Source: Callorhinchus milii (lineage: Eukaryota). From it: a stretch of DNA of 64,000 bases. The notes under the pieces are model-generated. The model ran no database searches. It was not told the DNA's origin and was given only the letters and a program-made list of their open reading frames with translations. Every line of letters starts with the position of its first letter. The first letter of the stretch is position 1. This document shows positions 47,925-59,971 of the stretch, in pieces. The position numbers and the translations under genes were made by a program. Location: contig NW_024704742.1 in the NCBI RefSeq assembly GCF_018977255.1, positions 119,290,001-119,354,000 on the forward strand, given 5' to 3'.

Positions 47925-48230
47925 TTTGGTCATCTGGCTATCTACCACATGCAATCACCATGTTTAAGAGTAACCAAATCAGACTAAAAGTTCTACAAAA
48001 GTATGCCACCTTCACATGGAAATGTCCATGTTCTTGATGGAATGTGCCTTCTCTCTCATGAGGGATGCAATTACTTAATTCGAGACAGTACTTGTCGCAG
48101 CTTGGCAAGAGCAAAGGCTTGGAGACCTTTGGAAGATATATCAATTTCTTGCTCCCAGACAATTTTGTCTATGAAAACAATCTCGCCCAGCTGGGCATAT
48201 TTCAATTTGGTTGGAATAAGCTTGGTCTGA
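47925..48230 (-). repeat. Family X fragment
   Basis: cacatggaaat and catgtttaagagta.ccaaatcagact are reverse complements of the family X 3' part. Confidence 0.55.
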
Positions 48231-48709
48231 TAGTTTGTTTAATTTCACTGTTGGTTCTAAGCTTACCTCAGAATTGCACCAACTCCAGTGGTTGATATTA
48301 AAAATCTCTTGACACTATTTGAAAAGAGGAGGGAATTTCTCCTGGTATCCTGGCCAATAATTCTCAAAACAAATTGGACATAACACCTCAAGATAGTTAG
48401 TGTAACACTACTGGCAAAAAAGACTGCTACGACTGCCAACAAAAAACAGTCTCTACACTGTACAATAATTATTTGTGAGGTGCTTTCAGAAACTGTGAGA
48501 AGCCATGTAATGTTATATCTGTAGACGTCCAAAAGGCATTTGATAAAGTACCATACGAAAGACTACTCCACAAACTCTGGTCTCTGGTTATCAAGGGCAA
48601 GACATGGATGTAGATTTGGAAGCAATTTGGAATTTGGAAGCAAAGAGAGCTTGATCAGGTATACCCAATGGGCCATTAAGTAGCAAATTAAATTCAATAT
48701 TGATAAATG

Positions 48710-49170
48710 CAACAACAAGAATAAAATTACATTTGTATAGCGCCTTTCACGTTGGGAGGACATCCCAAGACACTGGACAGTCAATGTTTCAGACCCAAGC
48801 TGGGGGTCAGGATTGGGGAGCTTGGAGGGCAGTGGAGAAAGGATGGTGATCGAAAGCATGGTCAAAGAGGAGGGTTTTGAGATGGGACTTGAAGAAGGCA
48901 AGGGAGGGGGCGAGGTGGAGGGACTGCCAGATGGAGTTTCAGAGTGTGGGGGCAGAGTGGTGGAGGACGTGAAGAAGGCCGGAGCCCACTGAGCAGAATG
49001 GTAGGGGCTTAGGAGATTGCAGAGGTAGGGGGGAGCAAGACTATGGAGGGCTTTGAAGGTGAGTACCAGGATCTTGAACTGTATCCTCTGTGTGATGGGA
49101 AGCCAGTGGAGTTGGGCGAGGATGGGGGTAATAGGGTCATGAAGCCTGGTGTGGTAGAGGACACGGGCTG
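48710..49170 (-). mobile_element. L2 3' fragment
   Basis: Same subfamily as 26043-26530. Confidence 0.85.
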
Positions 49171-49518
49171 CAACCTGGGTGTTTGGTGTGTCAGCTTGCT
49201 CAGTGGTAACACTCTTGAGTCAGAAGATGGTGGATTCAAATCCCACATCGGGACTTGAATTTTCAATAGTCTAAGATGACACTCCAATGCAGTGTTGGGT
49301 GTGTGTTGTACAATCGGATATGTCGTCAGTTGGATGAGATGTTAAACTGAGGTCCCGTCTGCCTGTTCAAGTGGACATTACAGATCGCATGGCACTATTT
49401 GAAAAAAGAAGGGAGTTTTCCTGGAGTGCTGTGTGTTTGTAGTACTGGCCACAAACCCCCCCAAAAAATTGGTTATTCATTTCATGGCTGTTTATGGGCC
49501 ATTGTTGTGTGCAATTAT

Positions 49519-52169
49519 CAACAACAACAACAAGATTGCATTTATAGAGCACCTTTCACGTTGGGAGGACGTCCCAAGGCGCTGGACAGTTGGATCGGGA
49601 CCCGAGCAGGGGGGGAAATGGTCAGGGTGAGGGGAGGGAAGGGAGGGGGCAAGGAGGGGGTAGAGAGTTGAGAGGGGAGCTGAAGGCACAGTCAAAGACC
49701 GGTCTTGAGACCGGCCTTGAAGGAGGAAAGGGAGGAGGTGGCGAAGGCACTGGGGGATAGAGTTCCAGAGCCTAGGGGCTGAGAGGCTGAAGACCCGGCC
49801 ACCAATGGTAGGGCGGTTAGGACGGGGGATGTGGAGCAGACCGGAGCCAGAGGAACGGAGGGTACGGGCAGGTAAGTAGGAGAATAATAGGTCGGAGAGA
49901 TAGGATGGTGCAAGGCCGTGAATGGCCTTGTAGGTGAGGATGAGGATCTTGAATTCGATCCTCTGGGGCATTGGGAGCCAGTGGAGGCGAGCGAGGGTGG
50001 GAGTGATGTGGTCCCGAAGCCTGGTGCGGGACAGTACACGAGCTGCAGAGTTCTGAATGACCTGCAGCTTGTGGAGGGAGGTGCTGGGAAGGCCGACGAG
50101 GAGAGAGTTCCCATAGTCCAGCCTTGAGGTGATAAAGGCGTGGACCAGTGTTTCAGCAGCGTGAGGGGTGAGGTAGTGCCGTAGTCTGGCGATGTTTCGG
50201 AGGTGATGGAAGGTGGTGCCAGCTGTGGCGCGGATGTAGGGAAGAAAGAACAGCTCAGGGTCGAACAGGACACCGAGGTTCCTGACTGTCTTTGAGAGGT
50301 GGAGAGTGCAGCCTTGGATGCTAATGCTGTCAGCGCCTGAGGTGCGGAGGCGCTGACGCGAGCCAATCAGGAGGGCCTCAGTTTTGCGCACGTTGAGCTG
50401 AAGAAAGTTGTCTCTCGTCCAGGACTCGATGTCGGACAGGCAGCTGTCAGGACATCGGTGGTCGTGGAGTTGAGGGTAGAGGAGGAAAGCTAGAGTTGGG
50501 TGTCATCCGCATACATGTGGAAGTTAACCCGATGTCTGCGGATGATGTCACCAAGGGGGAGCATATAGAGGGTGAAGAGGAGGAGACCGAGGACAGAGCC
50601 CTTAGGGACACCACATGAGACAGTGCGGGGGCTGGAGGAAAAGCCATTAGTGGAGACAAAATGAAGATGGTGGGATAGGTAGGACCTAAACCACTCAAGG
50701 ACAGGGCCTTGAAGGTTGAGGTGGGAGGACAAGCAGTGGAGGAGGATAGAGTGGTCGACCGTATCGAATGCGGCCGATAGGTCGAGGAGGACGAAGAGGC
50801 AGAGGGAGTCCTGGTCACAGATGGTCAAGATGTCATTGGTGACCTTGACCAGGGCGGTTTCTGTGCTATGGGCAGCACGGAAACCCAACTGGAGGGGTTC
50901 GAAAAGTGAGTGGGTGGAGAGGAAAGAGCGCAGCTCGGAGGCGACGCGTCTGTCGAGAACCTTGGACAGGAAGGGGAGGTTGGAGATGGGCCGGTAGCTT
51001 GATAGCTGTGACGCATCAAGGGAGGGTTTTTTGAATGTGGGAGTGATGGTGGCAGTTTTGAGGGGAATGGGACAGAGGAGAGGGACAGGTTAATAGTGTC
51101 TGTGAGAAGTGGGACAAGGAGGTGGAGCTGGGAGATAAGGAGTGGAGTGGGGATGGGGTCCAGAGAGCAGGTGGTGGGTTTCAAGGACAGGATGAGTTTG
51201 GTGACAGAGGGTGGGGAAACGGGTTCGAAGGTGTGTAGGGGAGGATGGGTAGGAGTCGGAGTGTGGGAGGGAAGGGGTGGGGGGTGGGTGGAAGTTGGAG
51301 GGGCAGTGACCGCAGAGCGGATTCCCTTGATTTCGGATTTAAAGAAATCCAGCATCTCCTCGCAGTGAAGGTTGGAGGAGATGATCTGCGTGGGGTGGCG
51401 GGGGGAACGGAGGAGTCGGGATGTGGTAGAGAACAAAAGCCTGGGGTTGTTCTTCACCTCCAGGATTATCCTGGAGTGGAAGGACGACTTTTGAGGAGGT
51501 CCAGCCAGATTTGTCGGTGGACTGTTAGGCCAGATTTGAGGCAGGTGCGTTCAGCGGCCCGCACCTGGCTCTTCAGTGAGCAGAGGTGGGTGGTGAACCA
51601 GGGGGAGGAGCAAGAATAAGAGACAATACGGCAGGTGATTGGGGCAAGAGTGTCGAGTGTGGAGGAGAGGGTGTTGTGGAGGAGGGTGAGAGCAGAAGAG
51701 GGGTCAGTGAGGGATGAAGGCCAGAGGGAGAGGAGTTCAGAGGACTCCAAGGCAGCAGTTAGGGATCGTGGGGGTAACTTCTTCCAGGGGCGGTAGAAGA
51801 TGGTGGTGGGTCTGGTGGAGGTAGGGGGTGGGGGGGGTTGACATGGTAAAGGCGATGAAGTGGTGATTGGAGACGGCCTTATCGGTAATGGTGACATCCG
51901 AGACACTGAGACCCCGGGTGATCACCAAATCGAGTGGGTGGCCATGAATGTGAGTGGCAGAGTTGATGTGGAGGGAGAGGTTGAGCGAGGAGAGGAAGGA
52001 GGAAAGGTCCGAGGAGATGGAGCAAGAGGAGGTGAAGTGCAAGTTGAAGTCGCCCAGGATGATGAGGCGATCAGAGCAGAAGCAGAGAGATGTTAGGAGG
52101 GTAGAAATATTCGAGATGAAGGTGGGAGAGGTTTTAGGGGGGCTGTAGAGGAGGAGGATTTTGAGTGAA
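49519..52169 (-). mobile_element. 2.65-kb 5'-truncated L2 LINE; frameshifted ORF2 (APE endonuclease C-terminus and RT)
   Basis: ILGDFNLH, GHPLDLVIT, GFRAAHSTETALVKV, LLDLSAAFDTVDH, GVPKGSVLG, YADDTQL; (TTG)n tail; TSD aattat at 49513-49518 and 52170-52175. Confidence 0.95.
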
Positions 52170-52275
52170 AATTATGCTGCCATGTTTGCCTACAAACAGA
52201 CTGTCACTCCATTTCACAATAAATCCTGTGAAACGCTTTGAGAAGCCCTTCTGAGGTGATAAAACGCCATGTCAA

Positions 52276-52590
52276 ATAATAATAATAATCCTTGCATTTG
52301 ATATAGCGCTTTTCAAGTCTTCTCAATGTCTCAAAGCGCTTCACAGAATATGCTGTAAAGTGAATTGACCATCCATTTGTGGGCGAATCCCAACAGCCAA
52401 TTGTTCACAGCAGTGTCCCACAGACAGTCGTGGATTGAAATTGACTAAGTTATTGTTTTTTGTTTTGGAGGGATTATTATCAGGCATGTGAAGTAAGGAA
52501 ACTTGCCCAAGGTTTCGCCCTGCCTGGAATTGAACCCAGGTGTCTTGCTTGCAAGGCGAGTGCTCTAACCACTGAGCTACAGGACTCCAC
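52276..52590 (-). mobile_element. tRNA-Ala SINE short form, full length
   Basis: Head, body and (ATT)n tail. Confidence 0.9.
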
Positions 52591-52629
52591 TTTCAAAGAT
52601 TGCAAATGCAAATATTATTTTTATTATTA

Positions 52630-52985
52630 AACTTGCCAAGGGGGAAGCTAAAAGAGATTTAGCGGTGTTAGTTAACTCATCGCTCAATATTTCAAAACAG
52701 TATGAGATAGCAATAAATAAGACAAACAGGAAGCTGGGCTGGGTTGCTAAATCGGTTGACCTTAGATCCCCAGATGTGAGTTTCAGGTTGTACAGTGTTC
52801 CGGTCAGACCACACTTTGAATACTGAGTGGAGTTCCGATCATCACAACATGAGGGACTATACAGGCCCTAGAGGCAGTGCAGAAGAAAACATTGAGAATG
52901 TTCCCCAGTGTTAGAGGAATGAGCTATGAGCAAAGACTAGACAAGCTGGGGCTCTGCAGTCTTGAGGAAAGATGACTGACCTTGC
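52630..52985 (+). mobile_element. Old CR1 ORF2 C-terminal fragment
   Basis: Relic VRPHFEY, LEAVQK, GMSYEQRLDKLGLCSLE codons. Confidence 0.7.
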
Positions 52986-53203
52986 GCGTGGCACACATGG
53001 TCCCTCTGCAGGAGATGCATTGCGGAGTGTTGTGGATTGGGGCCCAAAAGGCAATGACCTGCCTAGAGCTGTCAGGTGGCCCCTCTTCACTGTTATCCCT
53101 GTCACACCAGTGCCTGCTGCTTGTGCATCCAACACAATATGAAATCTCCCACATTAGAATGGGAAGACGTTCCACCAGGGTCTAGATTCACTCTAATTAT
53201 TTT

Positions 53204-53319
53204 GCATTTTAGAGCATCTAGAATTTGTCAAATTTTTATGTATCATCTTATTTTCAAAGTTGAGTTCGAAATCAAAATTGAATGATATAATTTGTCAAAT
53301 TCTGGATGTTCTAAAATGC
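53204..53319. repeat. 116-bp hairpin (31-bp IR)
   Basis: 53204-53234 vs 53289-53319, 28/31 complementary. Confidence 0.7.
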
Positions 53320-54172
53320 TACATCATACATAATAATAAGTAGTACATAATAATAAGTAATAATAACAATCTGAGAAGGGCACTACATCAAATGTAATGA
53401 TCATTTAACGCTTTATAGGATTTTATTGTAAAATGTAATGACTATTTTGTAGGTGAATGTGGCAGCCGATTTACCACACAACAATGTCTCACAAACAGCC
53501 ACAAAGTGAATCCACAATTTTTTGGGGGAATTGTTGGCCAGGACACCGTGAGAAACTTTCTTCTCTCTTGAAATAGTGCCATGGGATTATTAATGTTCAC
53601 CTGAACAGCCAGACAGGGCTTGGATTAATGCCACATTTGAAGGTTCCAGGTCAAATTTCCCCCCGTCTCTGAGCTGGTCCTTGCATCAAACTAAGTGGTG
53701 ACTGTTGATGGTTGGGTGTGGAACGCTCCTGTAGTGCAGCAGATTGTCCAGAGTATTCCCTTTGTTCTATGATGAAAACAGATGAAATATTATCAGTACA
53801 TTGCACACATATCTTTTTGGGGCACTGCATTGCACTATTCTCCTGCCATGACACAACTACAGATTAATATTACATTTTGAAAACAATATATTCTTCTTCA
53901 TTTATTATATACTCCAGCACTCGTTAAACTTTGGATGACATGTTAAACCAGGTGTCGGTCTGGCTGTTCAGGCAGATGTTAAACACCCCATGGCACGATT
54001 TGAAAAAAGACAGGAGTTTCTCCTGGTGTCTTGGCTAATGATCCACCAAATAAAAAATTAATCACTCACTCCATGGCTCTTTGTGGGACATTGCTGTGCA
54101 CAAACTAGCTGCCATGTTTCACCCACAATATATACAGTCAATCCACTTTGCAGTATATCCTGTGAAGTGCTT

Positions 54173-54202
54173 TGATATGATATGATATGATATGATATGA
54201 TA
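54173..54202 (+). repeat. (TGATA)6 microsatellite inside a SINE tail
   Basis: Direct reading. Confidence 0.9.
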
Positions 54203-55169
54203 AGGCAATAACAAACAACAACAAATTACATTTGTATAGCGCCTTTCACGTCAGGAGGATGTCCCAAGGCGCTGGACAGTCAGGGATCCACACCCGAGCT
54301 GGTGGCTGGGATCAGGAGAGGCACTATATCAAATGCAAGGATTATTATTATTGTTACATTTGGTGTAAAGCAATTTGAATGTAATTCATTTGCTTAATTA
54401 GACATCAAACAAAATTTGCCTACAAATACACACTACACTTTTCAGTAAATCCCATGAAGCGCTTTGAGACATCCTCCTGACATGGGAGAATACGTTATAT
54501 GGAATGCAATGATTATTATCATTTTATTGTTATAAAATATTCTGTCTTTTGTGCATAGCTTACACCTCAGGGAACCGTTAACAGGGTCACTATTCCCAAT
54601 GACATAATTTGGCCCCACCACAACTCATAAGAAATGCCCAAAGTGTTGTATGTGTCAGTTGCTGCACATAAATCACAGGCTGACTGAAATGGCTATGGCA
54701 GGCTGAGTGGTTCAAAATATATCTATCTATCAGACAGACTGCATCTGTACATTGGCTGCTAAAGTCTCTCAATAAATGTTCTAATTTGAACCTAAATAGA
54801 ACCCACAATGCAACTGGCGGCCTAAATTGTGTTTATTCATGACACGAAGAATTACGATGTAGTTAATCACATTTTTAGCACTTTATTGGAGACAGGGCAA
54901 CATAGTTTCAGAGAGAGTGAAGCTCAGCAAAGATTTATTTGGATGATACTACAGTTGAGAGGGGATAGTTATGTAGAGAGACTTGAAAAGTTGGGACTGT
55001 TTTGCTGGAGCAGAGAAGGTTGGAGGTAAACAGTGAGATAATAACATCTATAATGATTTGAGGTGATATTGAACGTTTACAAATTTGAAACATCAACAAG
55101 CGGAACTGGTGAAATTCATATAACATTTGAATAAGTTCTTCTAGTCCATTGTCTACAGTAACAAAATGT

Positions 55170-55520
55170 TCAACAACAATAGTCAATTACATTTATATGG
55201 TGCCTTTCATATAGGGAGGATGTGGCAAGGCGCTGGGAGCTAGAGTTGGATTCGGGAGGGCTGGTAGCCGAGGAGGGGGTGGGAGGGAAGTTGACCAAAG
55301 GCCCAGTCAAAGAAAGGACTGGGGTGGAGTTCCAGAATGTAAGGTCAGGCAGGCTGAAGGACTGGTCGCCAATGGTGCGGGGGAAACAGGCCAGTTTTGC
55401 CGAGCAGAGAGACTGGGGGAGTTGGCAACGTTTTAGAAGGTAACAGAGGTCGGGCGGGGCAAGTCCATGCAGGGATTTACAAGTGAGAATGAGGATCTTG
55501 AACATGATCCTCTGGGGCTT
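55170..55520 (-). mobile_element. L2 3' fragment
   Basis: PQRIMFKILILTCKSLHGLAP; (CAA)n tail. Confidence 0.8.
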
Positions 55521-57079
55521 CAACTGACATCCTCCCACCTGTACTCCAAGACATTATCCTATGTGAAGGCCTCTGTATAAATGCAAGTTGTATTTTCATA
55601 CTTCTTAGTATTGTTGCCATAACGCTGTCAGCGCAGTTTCTTATCATGTGACTTTCCTGAATATGACTGTATGTCATAAAATTCTGATGGCTTCAGTTCA
55701 TTACTGGACGAACAAGGGTTTACAATGCCCCATACAGAAATTTCCTATTTTATTGATGCATTGTCGTCCACTCCCCCCCACAGCTGCATTAACAGACTGG
55801 TCTCCTTTGAGAGGCCTAATTGGCACACTAAGGTAATGATTAGTCATTCATTTCTCCTCAGTCTTTTGACATTTTCTTAGTTCGGAGGTAGACTAGGAAG
55901 GTCAACAAGTGTATTTCCCTGCTTCAGTTCTGAACTACCATCATTTCAAATAATATTTTACGCTACAAGATGAATCGTACAACCATAGAAATGTCCGACA
56001 CAGTAGGAGACCACTTGGCCCATTATTTTGTGTCTGTGTTTGCTCCTCCAGTTATTCTTCAATCAGCATATTGCCACATGCTGAGGTGCACATTCATTTT
56101 ATTCTAGTTCTGTGAAGTGTTGAGGTTTTGGTTTCAAAAGCAAGAAATTAATTTGCATCATTGCACTTATTTCCTGATCATTAACATCCACAAAACATCC
56201 TGGCCAGTTTGGCTTTGCTACAACAGGGAGCTTCTCTCAGGCTACAGGAACAGATGGTATCCCACATGTTGTACATTATGAAAATAGTAGATTGAACAGA
56301 ATATTAACAGAGCAGATCAATAATGTGATAAGAACATAGCAGGAATTGTGACAAAAAATAAAAACTGAAGCAGAAATTTACTGTATGATTTCAGGACGTC
56401 CACTATCTTATTGTCCTTGTTGAAAGCTAAGCTTTGAATTTGTCAAGATTGAAACAATAACAAACCAGAAACAACAGCAATTTTGTTAACACAATACAAA
56501 TGGATGTGGGCTTAAGCTCAATTGAAGAGGGAACGCAAATTGACTGATTGGATTTCAGTAGTTTATACAGAGATTGGTGAAAAGAGACGGGTGCCAGGCA
56601 GTCCCTGGGAGATGGTGGAGGCAGATGGTACCAGGATATTCAAGAGGGAAGTGGATCGCGATCTAGCAAAGAAGTTGGTTGAAGGGTATGAAAGATGGAA
56701 TAATGCACGATTTTTACTTTAGGATCGGCCCTCTGGATCACAGTGGTCTGTATCAGTCCTGCACATTCCTATGTTCTTCTGCATCTGGTAATACCTACAG
56801 TATTCCCACAGTGGAGGCACGTTGTGAAAGTAACCCTTTTTGCAGGACCCTGTTTTGCACAATTTGTTAGATCTGAGGATAATTGAATGTGAGAAAGTAA
56901 TTACATAAGGAGATATATTTTAGTGCAAATATATATTGGTCTTTGGAATAATATATGTATATTGTCGTTTATTGAGTGCCTATAAATAAAATGTAATAAT
57001 TTCACCAACATTTGGCTGTAATGGAATACTTGTTTAAACATGTAATTCTCTGAAGATCAGTAAATGTACTGATGTCTCC

Positions 57080-57217
57080 GGAAGAAACGTTATATTTTCC
57101 ACTGCTGTGTAAATTTATGGACCTTGGAGGTGTAAATGTGTGCTGGGATTTTCCCCATTATAAAATCGCACGGACAGAGTCTGTAAATTTACAGACCAGT
57201 GGGTATTATGTTCTTCC
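57080..57217. repeat. Degenerate palindrome with a perfect internal 18-bp palindrome
   Basis: ggaagaa..ccactg..tgtaaattta vs taaatttaca..cagtgg..ttcttcc; gtctgtaaatttacagac at 57179-57196. Confidence 0.6.
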
Positions 57218-59596
57218 CCTAACAAAGTCTATAAATTAAGCAACTATCAAAAAGATCACCCCCTTGTTGTAGCTTTCATAGATTGAATGTTATAAAGTGT
57301 ATCATGAACCAGCAGGAGAATGGATTTTGGATTCACAGGTATTGGAGAAGATGAAGCCGCAGCAAGTCTTCACAGCTGAGCAGATATTTGGATAGGCACA
57401 ACAACAGCTTGAATATTAATTAGAAAGCACTCCTCGGGGAAATATTGTGGTTTTTAGGGTCTCGCCAACACCATTTGTGTGATACTAACACTTTTGTTGA
57501 TGTTGCCTCTATCAGCTTCTAATTTTTTTTTGCATGAGCCATTAACAATAATAGATTATGAACTGCCAGCTTTCAATTTTAGATTGGATTTTGAGCCCAA
57601 TATTGTAGCTTTACAATACAGTAAACTGCTGATAACTTAGCCCTGTCTTAACTTGTCACTATCACTTAAGTCATCATGCTGTCACTATCCCAGCTGCATT
57701 TATTTATACATATTCCTAACTCTCCACTCCGGATAAATTGTCACTGAGCTCTTTTACCTCAGAGTGATAAGCTATCAGGAGTTTACTGTAATTAATAATT
57801 ATCCTTGCATTTGATATAGTGCCTGATCAAAACGAGGCAACTTAAAGTGCTTCACAAAGTCTCTTTCCGCGAAGCATAGTGACTGCCTAGCAGCCAATTT
57901 GCACACAGCAATGTCCCACAAACAGCCATGAAGAAAATTAGCAATTTTATTTGGGGGATTGTTCGCTAGGACACCAGGAGAATGTTCCTCTCTCTTTTCA
58001 AATACAGTAAACGTCTGGCTCTGCCATGCATCTGGAATTCAGAATTAGCCTGACCGGGTCCAAAAAAAGGACTCCCACCAGCCCAAGTGATGCCCATAGC
58101 TTGACACTGATTGATTTAGCTGAGGGCATCAACAGAGCTGCATTGTGCCAGCCGTGAGTACAGAACTATTATTATTTTTTGTTTTTTTGTCTATTTTATT
58201 TATTTAAAATTCATAGATGTTGGTTAATAAATTTTAAATAAATAAAACAGGTAGATGAGATCTTTGTGTTTAATGTCTCATCTGAACGGTAGCAACTCTG
58301 ACAATAGAGCATGCCCACAACACTGCACTGGTGTCAGCCTAATCCCCAACAGTGAACTTGAACCCACAAAGTTCTGACCCAAAGGTAAGAGTGCTATCAG
58401 CTGAGCCAGGATTTCATACCCATAAAAGACACATGTGACAATGCACCATTATTGTCTCTGCTATTGTAAATATTAATTATGATTGAAAACCTACAGAGAA
58501 CAAACCTGAACAATAAACCACGCAAGATTGGTTTCAACCACCGGTACTGATAATGTAGCAAATATTACCATTGGCAGAGACCACACATACATCCTTTCTC
58601 ACTCACACATGTGCAACAACAAGCATTTGCATGTATGTAGTGCTTGTTATAATAATTGCATTTGATATAGTGCCTGCAATTTTGAAAGTAGCAGTCAAAA
58701 GAGTGATTGTGTATTTCTAGCAAATGTGGTGGCCAAACTTGTGTATGGTAATGTCCCACAAACGCTGTGACGTGAATGACCAATTTTATTTGGGGAATTG
58801 TTGGCTGCGATACCGGGAGAAACTATCTTCTCTTTTCAAATTGTGACATAGGATTATTTAACACCCGACTGAACAGGGACCTCATTTTAAAGTCTCATCC
58901 AAAGACTGCAACTCCAACAATGCAGCACTCCCCCAGAATTGAACTGAAAGGTCAACTTGGAATATGAGCTCAGAGTCTTAACGTAGAACTTGAACCCACA
59001 ACCTTCAGACAAAGGACCATCATAAAGCACTTGACAAATCATGTTCCCTGAGCAAGGAAAAGAGACACTGTATTTAAAAATAGTAACTGGAGTCATGGTT
59101 GAAGAGATATATGTTTAGGAGGACTTTGAAAACAGCTTGAGAGCAAAGCAAAGTTATTTTGGAAGAGAGTTATAGGGGACAGGAAAATGGAGATTGAAGA
59201 CTTGGTCATTGATTGTGAAGTGTTGGAGGGTGGAAAAACTTCAATTAATAATTGCTTGACATTCACAAGATCATAACATTGGATTGGATAAAAATAACAT
59301 TGGTCCATGTCCTGGTCTCAACCACCCTTCCTGGCAACCTGTTCCAGTCAACCCTCTGAGTTGTCTTTTCTGAAGCCTGAAGAGCCCTAGCTTGTATAGT
59401 CATTGCCTATCAGAGTTATCGTTCATTCCTTTTACCCTGGGAATCATCCTTGTTGCTCTCCTCTGCATTGCCTCTAGGGCCTGGACCCCCTTATGTTGTG
59501 GTGACCAGCACTATACACCAGCACTATATATAGGTGAGCTTGACTAGAGCATTATACAGATTGAGTATGACATCTGGGTATCTAAACTCAATTGAT

Positions 59597-59971
59597 GTGG
59601 AGTCCTGTAGCTCAGTGGTTAGAGCACTCGCCTCTCAAGTAAGAGACCTGGGTTTGATTCCCGGCAGGGCAAAATGTTGGGCAAGTTTCCTTACTCCATA
59701 CGCTTCTGTTTACCTAGCAGTAAGTAGGAACCCGTTCGTTAGTCAATTGGCATATCGCCTTTTTGGGGATAATAATTCCTTTAAAAAAATAATAATTGGT
59801 CACTCAATCCACGACTGTTTGTGTGACACTGCTGTGCGCAATTTGCTGCTGCGTTTCACCAATACAATATACAGGCACTACACTTTATATTATATTCTGT
59901 GAAGCACTTTGAGACATCTCAAAGAATGATAAGGTGCAATATCAAATTCAAGGATTATATTATATATTATT
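59597..59971 (+). mobile_element. tRNA-Ala SINE long form, inserted in an old CR1
   Basis: Extra ctgtttacctagcagtaagtagg segment; TSD-like attgat at 59591-59596 and 59972-59977. Confidence 0.88.

Larger units (their letters stand above)
49188..52628 (+). mobile_element. Deu-domain SINE split in three pieces (49188-49518, 52170-52275, 52601-52628)
   Basis: SINE sequence resumes in register after each nested insert. Confidence 0.75.

Noticed and set aside
49492..52148. Cluster of long overlapping ORFs as a host RT gene or retron-like system
   Set aside because: Frameshifted, 5'-truncated L2 with tail and TSD; + strand ORFs are antisense shadows
57732..57750. 18/19 match to gataaattgtccctgagct in the duplicated core
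   Set aside because: Flanks do not align; one such match is plausible by chance in a 64-kb self-comparison
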